Source of the DNA: Tubulanus polymorphus
Taxonomy: Eukaryota; Animalia; Nemertea
Reading direction: 5' to 3'
NCBI RefSeq assembly: GCF_964204645.1
Contig: NC_134032.1
Location: forward strand, 3,372,175 to 3,436,174
Length of the DNA: 64,000 bases
The translations under genes were made by a program, and so were the position numbers. Positions within the stretch are counted from its first letter, which is position 1; every line of letters begins with the position of its first letter. The notes under the pieces are model-generated. The model was not told the DNA's origin. It searched no databases and was given only the letters and a program-made list of their open reading frames with translations. Below are positions 22,439-33,914 of this stretch, one piece after another.

Positions 22439-22718
22439 GCTAAAACTTACCTTAAAAACATTGAAATATTCCTTTTAATCACGAGAAAGAATGTATCCTC
22501 CTGTCCTGTATGTGGGTTGTATGTACTGCGTGCTTATTATATAACTGCTAGCTATCCAATATAACAACAACGTTGAATTGCAACACCTGTTTGATCGATC
22601 AATATTCAAATGAAGCACTATCTTATGATAACATGTAACAGATGTTTGGCTGTATGATTGTAGTTGTTTGTAAAACGACTCAGGTCATTTTTAGATATTC
22701 ATTATTTTTATTTTTTAT

Positions 22719-23045
22719 TTAATCAACAATTTCTAAATCATGATGACCGTCTTCATTTTTTCCATGATAGATTATTTTAAATCCTTCTAAATCTTTTAAT
22801 TCCTCTGTACTCAATGAAACCCATTTATCGGGTAGAAATACTTTAAATTCTCGCGATGTACTAACATTACAGTAACTTAAATTCGCTGATACTTTCTCTC
22901 CATATTTAGTTTTTATCTTTTCTAATTTCAATATTTTATGTTCAATTTCTTTTGTAACATCAACTAACTTTTTTATTTCAAATTGTTTTCTTGCTGGTTT
23001 TATTCTGTTATTTATTGTTGTTAAGAATGCTTTTCTATCTCCCAT
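22719..23045 (-). CDS. Terminal small Polinton protein, homolog of 1347..1700
   Basis: Intact ORF, TAAATG start; IKKL..TKYGEKV..FLPDKW..YHGKNEDGHHDLE. Confidence 0.78.
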   Translation of the reverse strand: MGDRKAFLTTINNRIKPARKQFEIKKLVDVTKEIEHKILKLEKIKTKYGEKVSANLSYCNVSTSREFKVFLPDKWVSLSTEELKDLEGFKIIYHGKNEDGHHDLEIVD

Positions 23046-23159
23046 TTATAAGGAAAAAAAATTACTTGTGGTGATGAGTGGTGTCTAGTACTCTAGTACT
23101 CTGGTACGAAACCCACATCTTCCAATTACTAATGCTTTGTCGAAATCCACCGTTGAACA

Positions 23160-23269
23160 GGACCCAGTTCCACAGTTGTGAGTTATAGTTAGCTCTGAGT
23201 TAAAGTTAGTTCATTTTCAATGAGTTAACTCAGAGTTGAATCTTAACTCGGAACTGTGGAACTGGACCC
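23160..23269. mobile_element. Palindromic MITE
   Basis: CCAGTTCCACAGTT...AACTGTGGAACTGG inverted ends plus internal GAGTT/AACTC symmetry. Confidence 0.7.
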
Positions 23270-24074
23270 AGGATTCTAAGACTGTGCAGAAAACCCGTTA
23301 TCGCTGCTTTGCAGCTATATTTTAGTTTTGATTTTAGTTTATTTCAGAGAAAAGCAGAAGATTAAAATTACAATTAAGTTAAACAATTCAAATAAGAGAG
23401 AGAATCTTCGTTTTTAGATAGTGGAATTCGTCAACGGAACACAAGCCCACTTTGTATTATTCAGTAATGTTCAAAATGTTTGGGCTGTATGGTCCGAATA
23501 TGGGAACCAGAAAATCCACTTTAACAAAACGTCGCCTCCCAGTGAGATCAACTCTATTCAAAATGAAAGCCCTATCTCTCAATTCAGACAACTACAAGCA
23601 GGCAGGTGTTTGGTTGAATGTGTTTATATTACAGTCGACTATGAATTATAATTTTTAGAAGAAGAGGCTTATTTTACTGCATTGTTCAAGTCCAGTTCTT
23701 CTTCTTCATGTTTTCTATTTAGGGATACATTTTTTTCCAAGCGATTTTTATACTAATTGATTTGGTTAGGTGCTCTAGGCAAAATGTTCAGGCAATTGGA
23801 TTTCAGAAATTTGAACAATACGAGCTGTTAAGATGTGTTGGACTAATCAGACTGAAACACCATGCGCCTTTCGTACCTACGCAGTCCTAGAAATGCATTT
23901 GGGGAGTGTTAAAATCTTTGGGAAAAAGCCAATGAAAATTGTATTCATATATGACATGATTAGTTAAAAAACCAATCAGATTTTTAGAGGTTGGTCCAGA
24001 TTTCGGAATGCATATATAATCAGTATTTTGGTGTCATCCACCGCATTCAACTGAGAATTTCATCAGACGAGATC

Positions 24075-26298
24075 ATGAACGCGATCAACATTTTACTGGT
24101 CGGTGTTTTCTGTTCCGTCGTCGCTGATGCGGTTTTAACCGAGTTCCGTATTCAACAATTCACTCGACTGCCAGAATGTTTGATAGGCGACAAACACCGC
24201 GAGATAAACTCACAAAACTGGGCGAAAACAAACCACGTGATCGCAAACAGAAATGTTCAAAACATCATCAAGTGCGCTCGTGATTGTATGAATGATCAGA
24301 AATGTTCGGCCATGTCGTTCAACGGAGGACATTGTTACCTGTATGACGTCAACACCGACTACGCGTGCAGTGCCATCAACGGCATAACCAAGTACTACAA
24401 GGTAGGTTCATTCAAATACTAAATATCAAGTAAATTACAGTAGACATAGTAACAATTTACTGAATGCATTCTTAGAATTTAAAAAAATCGTTCAACGCAA
24501 AAAGAAATGATCCAGTTCAATAACTGTTACAGTAAACTTTGAACTGGATTTTTAGACTCCTGTGTCCATATATTATCACAGCACCTACCAAATATACAAT
24601 ACATTATACGAATAATCGATTCATTTAAGCGAAGAGTTCATTCAGATTTAATTGAAATGTAGAAGGGAATTGAACGTTGGCGACCAACTGTCTACAAGCG
24701 ACACCTGGCGCATCCTCGCCTGCCATACGTGGAATCCTCGATTGCGACAGTAGCGGTGCGGGTATCTAATTAAAGCAGTTTATCGTAACGATTTTACTTG
24801 TTTAAAATCGGATGCAGAATAGCGCGAGGTCGGGACTCGAAACTAACAAATGTGGCTTGGACTCTTGTTTTTGAAGTTGTCATTCAAAGAGTTAGTTCGT
24901 TGATGAGGTATAGAACTGTTATAACTGAAATGTACCGTCCTCGTCAGTCTTTACAGTATGATATATACTTTCTATGGTCTCGCGCTTTAAGGAAGTCTAT
25001 TTTTCATGATATTATGTCATCAGTTAGTATAAAGTGACTTATAAGTCTTAATTACGGGTGGGTTCTAAATCTATGTATTAACATGTGATGTACAAGTCAC
25101 TATAATAGATAGATAAGTAAATACATGAAAACAATAAAATATTACGTTTCTGTCTCTTAATGCAAAATTATTTCGTGAACTAATACGTTTATTATTAACA
25201 TTTGTTTCAGAAGAGAGATGATGGACCGACCACTCCCGGTACGAGTCCCAGCAACCGAAGCAGCAGCAGCAACAGCAGCAGTCGCAGCCGTAGCAGCAGC
25301 AGTAAATCCATGTGTAGCAAAAACAGTAAGTTATTTGCCTATAATATTTGCATCTGGTTATCGCGGTAATCAAAGGGGATGAATTACACACGAAATCTGC
25401 CGTAAACTATGCATGATTCTAACCCACAAATCTGGAAAGGGGATACCTCAAACCAGTCGGCCATGGCGCTTTTATGATATCTCAAGACGACACTGTTACC
25501 AAAACGGAACGTTCTTAGTTTTGCCGCGCCTAAACGGACTTTTTAAGAAAGATTCGGCGTTTTCTTTTGTTTTAGCGAGCGTTCTGGTGTCCCCATATGC
25601 ATAGCAGGAATTGTGGAATTGTACACGATTGTCCTGATCAGCCACACCGTACAAACCACTAGTTCACTGTACCGCATTTATCAAACTGATGCACGGTATA
25701 TGTTCTTATTTCAGCTGATGAAGTCGTGCGACCAAATCTGCGCAAACTTTGTTATTTCTTCGATTTTGAGAAAGTTGATACTGAACGTGGAATCGTGTAC
25801 GGAGAGGGAGCCAATATGACGGCGTATGATCATGAAACAGGGAACAACGTGAAACTCACACTGGTCGAAGGTGCTAATAACAGCCAAGCTGTGAACTCGA
25901 CGATTAAGTATCTGAAATTGTATTTTGGAGTCAGAAAGAAACCTATAAAGATAAAGAGCTACTCGATTTCTCTATTAGTTGGTGGATTTGGTGCCGGATC
26001 GGTTTACATGAAGAAATACTTGCTGTTGTATCACAGTGGACGTAAAGTTGAGTGTGGGAAATATCCGGAGAAAAAGATACTAGAGTATCGAATCGATGGT
26101 AGTTTATTCGGCAAGGGGAAATGGGTTTCATTGAGATGCACAAACGGCGATTTGTACGTTAATCATGCGCGCATGTCAATCCATCAAATTGTTAAGGCGC
26201 CGATGTACCAAACGAAGGTTGGTTACCCAATTTTCCGCCATTTGTCACATACCAATTATGGCACTGTGGATAACCTTACATTAAATGTTTGGTATTAA
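24075..26298 (+). CDS. Secreted protein: signal peptide, PAN/apple domain, Ser-rich linker, probable ConA/LamG-like domain; exons 24075-24401, 25211-25325, 25715-26298 (341 aa)
   Basis: Canonical GT-AG sites give an uninterrupted frame (phases 0 and 1). PAN pattern CARDC...CSAMSF...CYLY; C-terminal KWVSL..LYVN..GTVDNL. Confidence 0.8.
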
Positions 26299-26829
26299 CG
26301 AACTCGAAGTAAATAAAGATCATCAAAGCACTACAGTCCTTATATTTTATTATAATTTTAATTATAATTATAATAATTATTATAATAAGTATAATTATTA
26401 TAATAAGTATAATTATAATGATTATTATTAATATTATTAATAATCATTAATTGTCACTAATTATTATTTATACTATTATTAGTATTTTTATTACCATTAT
26501 TATTACTGTTGCATGTATTATCATTGATATTGATTTAACTTTGTAAGCGATAGTGTAGTTGGCATTGACCGAATTATGTGAAATGCGCAGTACGTTTTCC
26601 GTGTGAGCATTTTTTTCGTTGGATCTCGGCCTAACAAAAAGAGAGATATAAAAACGAAAATTGGAGCATAGTTTTTATCATATCATATAATATGAAAAGA
26701 GAACGAAAATTGTCCTTCAATATTTGAATCGACTACTAATTGTGTGTTTAATGTTTAGAATTTGCGGATGACGGGTTTCGATTATTAAATTTGTTCCTTG
26801 AGAAGAATAACGTTCACCTTTTCTAAATG

Positions 26830-27775
26830 TTAAAATGTAAGAATAATTTTCTAAACAAATACGTTGTTATTTACGCTGGTTTCAGAAGAGATATGATGGA
26901 CCAACTGCCGCCAGCAGCTGCAGCAGTAGCACCAGTAGCAGAATCAGCTGTAGAAGCAGCGGTAGCAGCAGCAGCATCAGCAGCTATATCAGCAGGAGCA
27001 GCAGTAACAGCAGTAGTAGCACCAGCAGCAGCTATAGATTATTGAATAAAAATCAGAAGACTCAAATGGCAACTAACTTTCCGCCAAAATACATGGGGAG
27101 GAAACGCATGCATCTAATCATTCGTCATACCGGCTACATTTATAATACCATCTCAAATACGACAATATATTTGTTTTTTTTCGTTAACTTCAGCGAATTC
27201 ACAGTAATTTACCATTTACTGCAACCATCGCAACTATCACTTTCAACTGTAGCTACATCAACTGCAGCGAAAAGCAAAGATACGATTCTACAATCAACAC
27301 TTTTCGAACCTAAAGGCCTACATTCTAATTCCAGACAGTTTCTAGATTCTAAACGATTTAGTTTTTTTGCTTTTGGCGATAAATTCAGGCAATCGTTTTT
27401 CAGAAATTTGGACAATGCGAGCTGTGAAGATGTGTTGGACCAATCAGACTCAAACATCTTGCACCTTTCCACTGCAAATCGTTTTAAATGCAAAAAGGGA
27501 GTGATACATTTTCTTATTCATATATAACATAATCATAATCATAGAGGTGTCATTCAACACATTCAACTGAGAATTTCATCAGATGAGATCATGAACGCAA
27601 TCAACATTCTACTGGTCGGTGTTTTCTGTCTCGTCGTCGCCGATGAGGTTTTCACCGAGTTCCGCATTCAACAATATACTCGACTGCCAGAATGTTTGAT
27701 AGGCGACAAACACAGCGAGAAAAACTCACAAAATTGGGCGAAAACAAACCACGTGATCGCAAACAGAAATGTACG
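26830..27775 (+). pseudogene. Partial duplicates of the PAN gene: exon-2 copy (~26886) then promoter and truncated exon-1 copy (27591-27770)
   Basis: TTTCAG|AAGAGATATGATGGACC matches 25211; MNAINILLVGVFC..HVIANRN matches 24075. Confidence 0.7.
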
Positions 27776-30700
27776 TAGTCGAGTGCGGAGCTAATTGTAT
27801 TGAAGCTGCTTTTTGCATTTTTGAGGCAAATGGGAAAGCTCTACTGGAAAATCAATTGGCTGGATTTTAGCTTTTGTCTCCGTTACTTTAAACAAGGGGC
27901 CAGCTACACACTGCGCAAGTAAAAATAAAGTTAAATAAGAGACTGAAAATTATTTTACAAATAAAACAATTTTAGAAACATTAATGTTCTTTAGAACAAC
28001 GGTCCCTCAACCCTCGTTATAATTCCACTTTATTATACGGTTTATTGTTCAGTGTATTCTGTTTCAGCGAAACCTTTGTTGAAGTGGCCCGTAACCTTTT
28101 AACTGAGAAAATGAAAGTTTCTCTCGCTTCAGAAAGCAGTAAAGCTGTTTTAGACATAGCACATCGTATCGGATCGGGGAGTAAGTGCCCAAATAGTTAT
28201 CCGCCTCGCAGCGGGCAAATTGAAGCTATGACGTATAGCAAAAACCTAAAAGGTTCGAATTACTGCGTACGAGACCAACTACCCCTAAAAATGAAAGATA
28301 GAGCAGCCGCCCAAATCAACGACTTCAAAGCGCTAAAAGACAATGAACAAAACCGTGTGAGAATGGTTCGAGATATGCTCATGCTGAATGGTGAAATCAA
28401 GCGACCGGAGTTTCTCGCAACCCACTAACGCCCGACATAGTGGATTTAGTTGAAATTCACGAAACCGAATTAATTCAATCAAAAATAAAATTGATCGAAA
28501 ATTGTGAGATTCGCGCTTGTGCTATTCGTACTGAAAAGGTTCACGAAATCATTCATTCTAAAAGCTCAGGTTTTTAGCGTTTAGTGGATTGGAAGCAAAT
28601 TCATCCCAAAGTCGATATTTCGAATATCAGACCAGGTCAATTTTAGACAAAAAACCACAATAAAAAGAAAAACTATCTGGTAACCACTTGTCTATGGAAA
28701 CCAACAGGTCCATTTTCCTTCGTTTGACATTCCGAGGAATATTCCTCCCGAAGTCGATATGAATATCAGACCTGAAGGTCAAATTCTCTTCGTTTGACCT
28801 TGGGAGGAATATTCACAATCAATTTTTGTTGTTGATTAGAAAAAAATGTGGTGAACAATACGATTTGTTAGAAATCAGCGTTAGTAATTCGGTGGGAGAT
28901 CTTGCATGTGTGACCCCCAGGTATACGTATCTATCGGCAACCTCTTAGAGGGTATCAGGATCCCATCATCCCGCGCCGACATGATAGGAGCATCATTCCG
29001 CGGATTTCTCCAAAAATTCATCATACGTTCGAATTAGCAGAACGTGTTATTAAGGATAATGAAACGGAATAAGAGAAGTAAAGAAAACATATGGTTGTGT
29101 TTGGTATTTTTTAACATTATCAGATGAGATAGTTTTGCTCTATCCATGATCTAACGAGCTCGTTTTTAAAACTAAACAATCTATTGGTGGTGCAGTAATT
29201 GAATGTATATATCGCAAACCGTTCTAAGATTTTTCGGATTAAAGTTGCTTTATAAACGTATCATTTTAGTGAGGACCGGTAGAATACCTTACGTCAAAAA
29301 CGTTAGAATATTGCTTGAAGTTAGAATATATACAGGGTCAGTACAGCGGTGCTGGCAGTGCATTTTACGGTGTCCGTTGAACCGCATTATGACAATATCT
29401 GTTTACATTGTATCCTGTTATTGGGTTCGGTCTTTGAAATCATGTAATGCGTTCGATTTGTATTGTCAACCTGTTCCGAGGATTCATTCTTAACACACGT
29501 TGAATTTACTATACACGCGCATTACGACCGGTCCTCAGGCGAAGTTAGGTGAGTTGAATCTTAAACGGGATTTTTTTTTTTAATCTGAAACTTTTTTCGA
29601 ATACGAATGACTAATCGGCAGTTCACATTTCGGGGATAAAGACACCCTGTCTTGGGGGGGGGGGGTGGTCTCACTAGACTAGAGCATCAAACCTTTACGT
29701 ACTTCTTACGCCTAATAGTTTGTGGGTCCATCTATATGGAAAATGTCTATATTGCTGTTGTTGCTGACAATACCCACGGAAATTATGCCCTGGGTAAAAG
29801 TTACCAGTCCTTAAAACTTTCAACAGATTTTAAATGGGTATAGTGTTCACAATAAACAGAATAGTTTAATGATTGTATCTACATGTACACTGTTAAATGC
29901 ACACGTATTTACGGTTTTGTGAAATGTAGAATATCGCTTTTGGGACGCGGTCCTATGTTTCACTGTGCCATTGTGTGTATTCCATGTCATATTTGATTTC
30001 TATGGTTTACACTGTTCATATTGCAGTGACATATTGATATTGTTGCTTGAATAAATCTGTAAGCATTTGTAACATCAAATTGTAGGAATCAATTCTGTTT
30101 CTGGTCTCTCTAGTCAAACACCACGATCCTATATATGTTTAATATATTTTTAGAGGCATTTGCGTTTTGGAATTTTAAGAGTAAGCTGGTTGTTGCTATG
30201 TTTAGCTGAGACTCGGTGAGCAACTACTCTATAAGCCTATTCAGGGAAGTTAGTCGACTTGCACTCTTAACAATGCCATTTTTAATTACAGTGTGTCACC
30301 TGTGATGTGTCATCTTGCCTATAGCTGAACTCAGTAATTAGTAACCAAGCAATGGTACAGACATTTTTGAGTAATGTTTAGTGTGTTTGTGAAGGGGCCT
30401 CATTGCAGTTTTATACATTTCTTTCTCTTCAAGAACATCAAGTAGAACGACGTAAATCATAACATCATAGATATTATGATTTTTTCTTTAACTGAAAGGT
30501 GAGTCTATTACTTAAGTATTTTGTTTCTATTTGACAAGGTCTATGTTTGGAAATAGGAAATAGGCCCTAAGTTTGTTCGTGTCAATCTTTCTATAAATAC
30601 TATAATTGGGATGCCTTCTTATTAAAATATTTAAACGAAGAAAGTTCCTTCTCAAGGCCCTCGAACCATAGTTACCAGAAAATTAATCATCTCTGTATGA

Positions 30701-31339
30701 TATTCAACCTATAACATAACCTTTTGTCATACTTTTATTTCGCAGTCGTCAGTAGAATGCTTTCTGTAAAACTATTGTAAAACTATTTTTCCCATCAAAA
30801 CCAGTTTGCACAACTGTGATGAGTAATAAATATATACTATACTATACTAGTATAAATACTGTTGAATGCTGTAATATCGCATGATATACCCGATGAAACA
30901 ACTAAACAATAGTCAGAGCTCGTCCTTTGAATTTGGATACTAGATTACGGCATATCTAAAAACCACCTCAGTAGGCCTAATTTGTAATATTATACGGCAT
31001 TGTATAATATAGGGAAATAGCTAATCTTTTTTTTTTCTTTTAATAACTAATATTCAATCATTGGATTCAAGTATACATAATATACAGGCGTTATATGTTT
31101 TTTTGGTCGATAAAAAGAATTCTTTTTAGAAATATTCTTCGGTAGAGTGTTGAGATTTTTTTCTATGACCACAATTAACGATCAATCACATTTTTTTCAA
31201 ATAATTATTAAGCACTGTTTTCAGAAACAAATATTTTACCCGGTGAAATTTACCATACATTTCATCAGTAAATACATTAAGAGCAGTAATGTTATGAAAT
31301 GAACATGAAAAATTGCTCTTTTATGAGAAAAAAACTCTT

Positions 31340-31604
31340 TTATGACGAAATGTAATCCTTTAATTTGTGTAGGTCCGAAAAGTGACTTATATCCTGGTCA
31401 CGGCACCATGTGGGATTTTACGGGCTCAAACCCGGAGCTATGATCGACGACTTGATCGCCTTGAGTTCCATATCATAATTGACTCTATTGTTTTCATCGT
31501 ACACAAACAAACTTGTTACGAAGGGTCGATTAGGGTCGCCTCACTGGGGTCACCCAAGGGTCGTCGGTCTCTTACATATTTTCAACCTCATCCTCGATCC
31601 CAAC
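31340..31604. repeat. Dispersed repeat, direct copy at ~33270-33521
   Basis: GTGACTTATATCCTGGTCACGGCACCATGTGGG..CACTGGGGTCACCCAAGGGTCGTC shared by both copies. Confidence 0.8.
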
Positions 31605-32310
31605 ATCCTCATAATCCGCATCCTCGAACTCGTATGTATCCCCTCTTTATCCTGCCAGGCTTTCCGTGGTTGTCCAAGCGAAATGATAATATTTCAATAA
31701 AGACAGTTTGTGGTATATTGTGATATACGTATCTTTATTATGTTATTCAAAATTCAAAGAAATTGTCTAAGGGGTCCAAATCTAAACCAATACCCCTCCC
31801 TCTCGGAGTCTACCCGAGCCCATCGCGCCCTCAAATCGAAAGGCCGTTTCTCCCGCAGGCCTATATCGTCGTCGACCCGCCGGGTAGCTCGATTTTAGAT
31901 GTATACATTCCGCCGCCACCTCCGGCTTATCGACTTCTTCGTAACCTGAAAAGAAATAAAGCCAACTGTGACAAAATCTACCATTCGCTGTAAAAAGGGA
32001 TTCACTGATTCGGACGACTGTAAGACTCTTATGATGCGAGTATTGCGCATCTGTTTACTTTTCTGCCTATCTTATTCGCTTTGAGGAATTTCTAGGTAAA
32101 GTCGAGTCATATTAAATTTAGGCTAAGCGTGGCCTATATGATAATTCTGGACGAAACTCATGTATTTCTTGAGCCATCTGCTCAACGAGGCGTATCTTTC
32201 TTTTTCCGCAGTCGTAAGTTTCGGCTTCTGCCTTGATAAAAACACTATATAGAGAGAATCCTACAATGAAAACGAAAGACAATGTCAAAAAATATTTCCT
32301 ACAGCCATAG

Positions 32311-32357
32311 TTTATTCGACGTTTCGACTATATTCTAGTAGTCGTCTTGAGGAATGA
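32311..32357 (-). ncRNA. Minimal hammerhead ribozyme motif, Penelope type, mutated core
   Basis: Minus strand: cattc-CTCAAGA-cgactactagaatatagtc-GAAAC-GTC-gaata; core CUGAAGA altered to CUCAAGA. Confidence 0.6.
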
Positions 32358-33521
32358 CCAGGAATTTCTCGTTTGCAAAGGTTCCGGGATATCACATCTT
32401 AAAACATATTCTTTCCTCCGGTCGTTCGTTTTCAACATATGATCGAATTCTAGTGTCTACTGATATCTGATAATGATATACAACTATACCGCCGCATTTT
32501 GAAACAATTAAAAAGAAAATATCCATAGCATTTCCCTGTTATATATAGGAGATAAACCTAGTACGGCTTCAGTACGGTGCAGTTATTGGGTTCCTTCCTA
32601 TTGTACAGTTGCAAGGTTTCTTAGTCACAATTTTTAATGGTTTTTCTGTAAGACAATCCATAGCAATTCCCAGCAAATATAGCAAACTAGGTAGTAATGA
32701 TAACCTTTCATAGTGATGCAAGGGCTAGTAAAGCCCCTCATCAATGTATACTATACTGTTGTGCATGAATTTGATTACTTGACTGGGCCTATGTGCAGTT
32801 GCAAGATTGCATATGTAGACTCCTTAAAAGATTAAATGAACATGACAAATTGCGCTTCCAAACCATTTGCGAACATTTCTCATTACTTCATCGTTGAATT
32901 TATTTCTTCCGGTTACAACGATATCGCATCATCATCCTCTGACTCTGATTCCGACGATATCTCCGGCGAAATCTGATTTTTCTGCATTATCGGATTCATC
33001 TGATTCCTCATCTGAACTTCGATTTCGTTATGATCACCTTCAGAGAGTATTCGATTTACATCGGCGGCCGAAAAAACGCGTCGTGTTGCTGACATTGTAA
33101 CTATCTGAATGACTGAGCACAGACCCACTGATGCTACTACGCGGCCGGTCAACAAAAACACACGTGTTAAAATGATACAAATGCATTGGGAGATTGCGTT
33201 ACTTGGTTCTGGATCGCGTTGATATATTCCCAGTAACATGTGTTGGAAACAAATTTCAAAAAAACTCTTTAGTGACGAAATGTAATCCTTTTCTTTGTGT
33301 GGGTCCAAAAGTGACTTATATCCTGGTCACGGCACCATGTGGGCTTTTAAGGGCCCAAACCCGGAGCTTTAATCGACTTGATCGCCTTGAATTCCATATC
33401 ATAACTGACTCTTTATTGTTTTCATCGTACACAAGCAAACTTGTTACGAAGGGTCGACTAGGGTCGCCTCACTGGGGTCACCCAAGGGTCGTCTGTCTCT
33501 TACATATTTTCGACCTCATCC

Positions 33522-33914
33522 TGTAGTATATGCATGCCGAACTTAGACACAACCAACGTTAGGTTGTAAGATCCTCGGTTGATGGTGATTTCCAATGTGG
33601 GGTAACTAGTCAGAGGTATACAGCCAGGAACGGTAAGAGTCGAATATACGCGTGTTGTATAGATTTACTGGTCGATGATATAAAGTAAAATGACAATTTA
33701 ACATAATCGGGGGTTAGTTTATATAGATATATGGTTAGTTACAAGAAACATGATATGACATATATAATCTGATTAGTCGTGGTTAATAAGTTGATCTCCC
33801 GTGTTTGTAAACAACAAGGGGGTTTCCAAGAGATTAACCACGTCTAGACAAGAAAAGTTCGATATTAATAATTAATTACGTAAATAGGTCGATAGTAATC
33901 CTATCTGCGTAACA
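33522..33914 (-). repeat. 3' LTR of the Ty3/Gypsy element
   Basis: Minus strand TGTTACGC...ACTACA, preceded by purine tract AAAGGGGGAGG; its end coincides with loss of homology to the 31600 repeat. Confidence 0.7.

Larger units (their letters stand above)
17800..23130 (+). mobile_element. Polinton copy 4: right-end segment with terminus
   Basis: Major capsid 3' part, integrase, ATPase, ORFs; ends ..CCAATTACT at 23130, consistent with Polinton 5'-AG..CT-3' termini. Confidence 0.9.

Noticed and set aside
22441-22455. ACTTACC as a U1 snRNA 5' end
   Set aside because: No U1 stem-loops or Sm site follow; better read as a minus-strand splice donor.
14431-23130. A single intact Polinton with long TIRs
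   Set aside because: No 6-bp TSD, the arms are diverged and contain internal genes, and there is no polymerase.
26827-27045. Poly-Ala ORF
   Set aside because: Alternative-frame reading of the duplicated CAG-rich exon 2.
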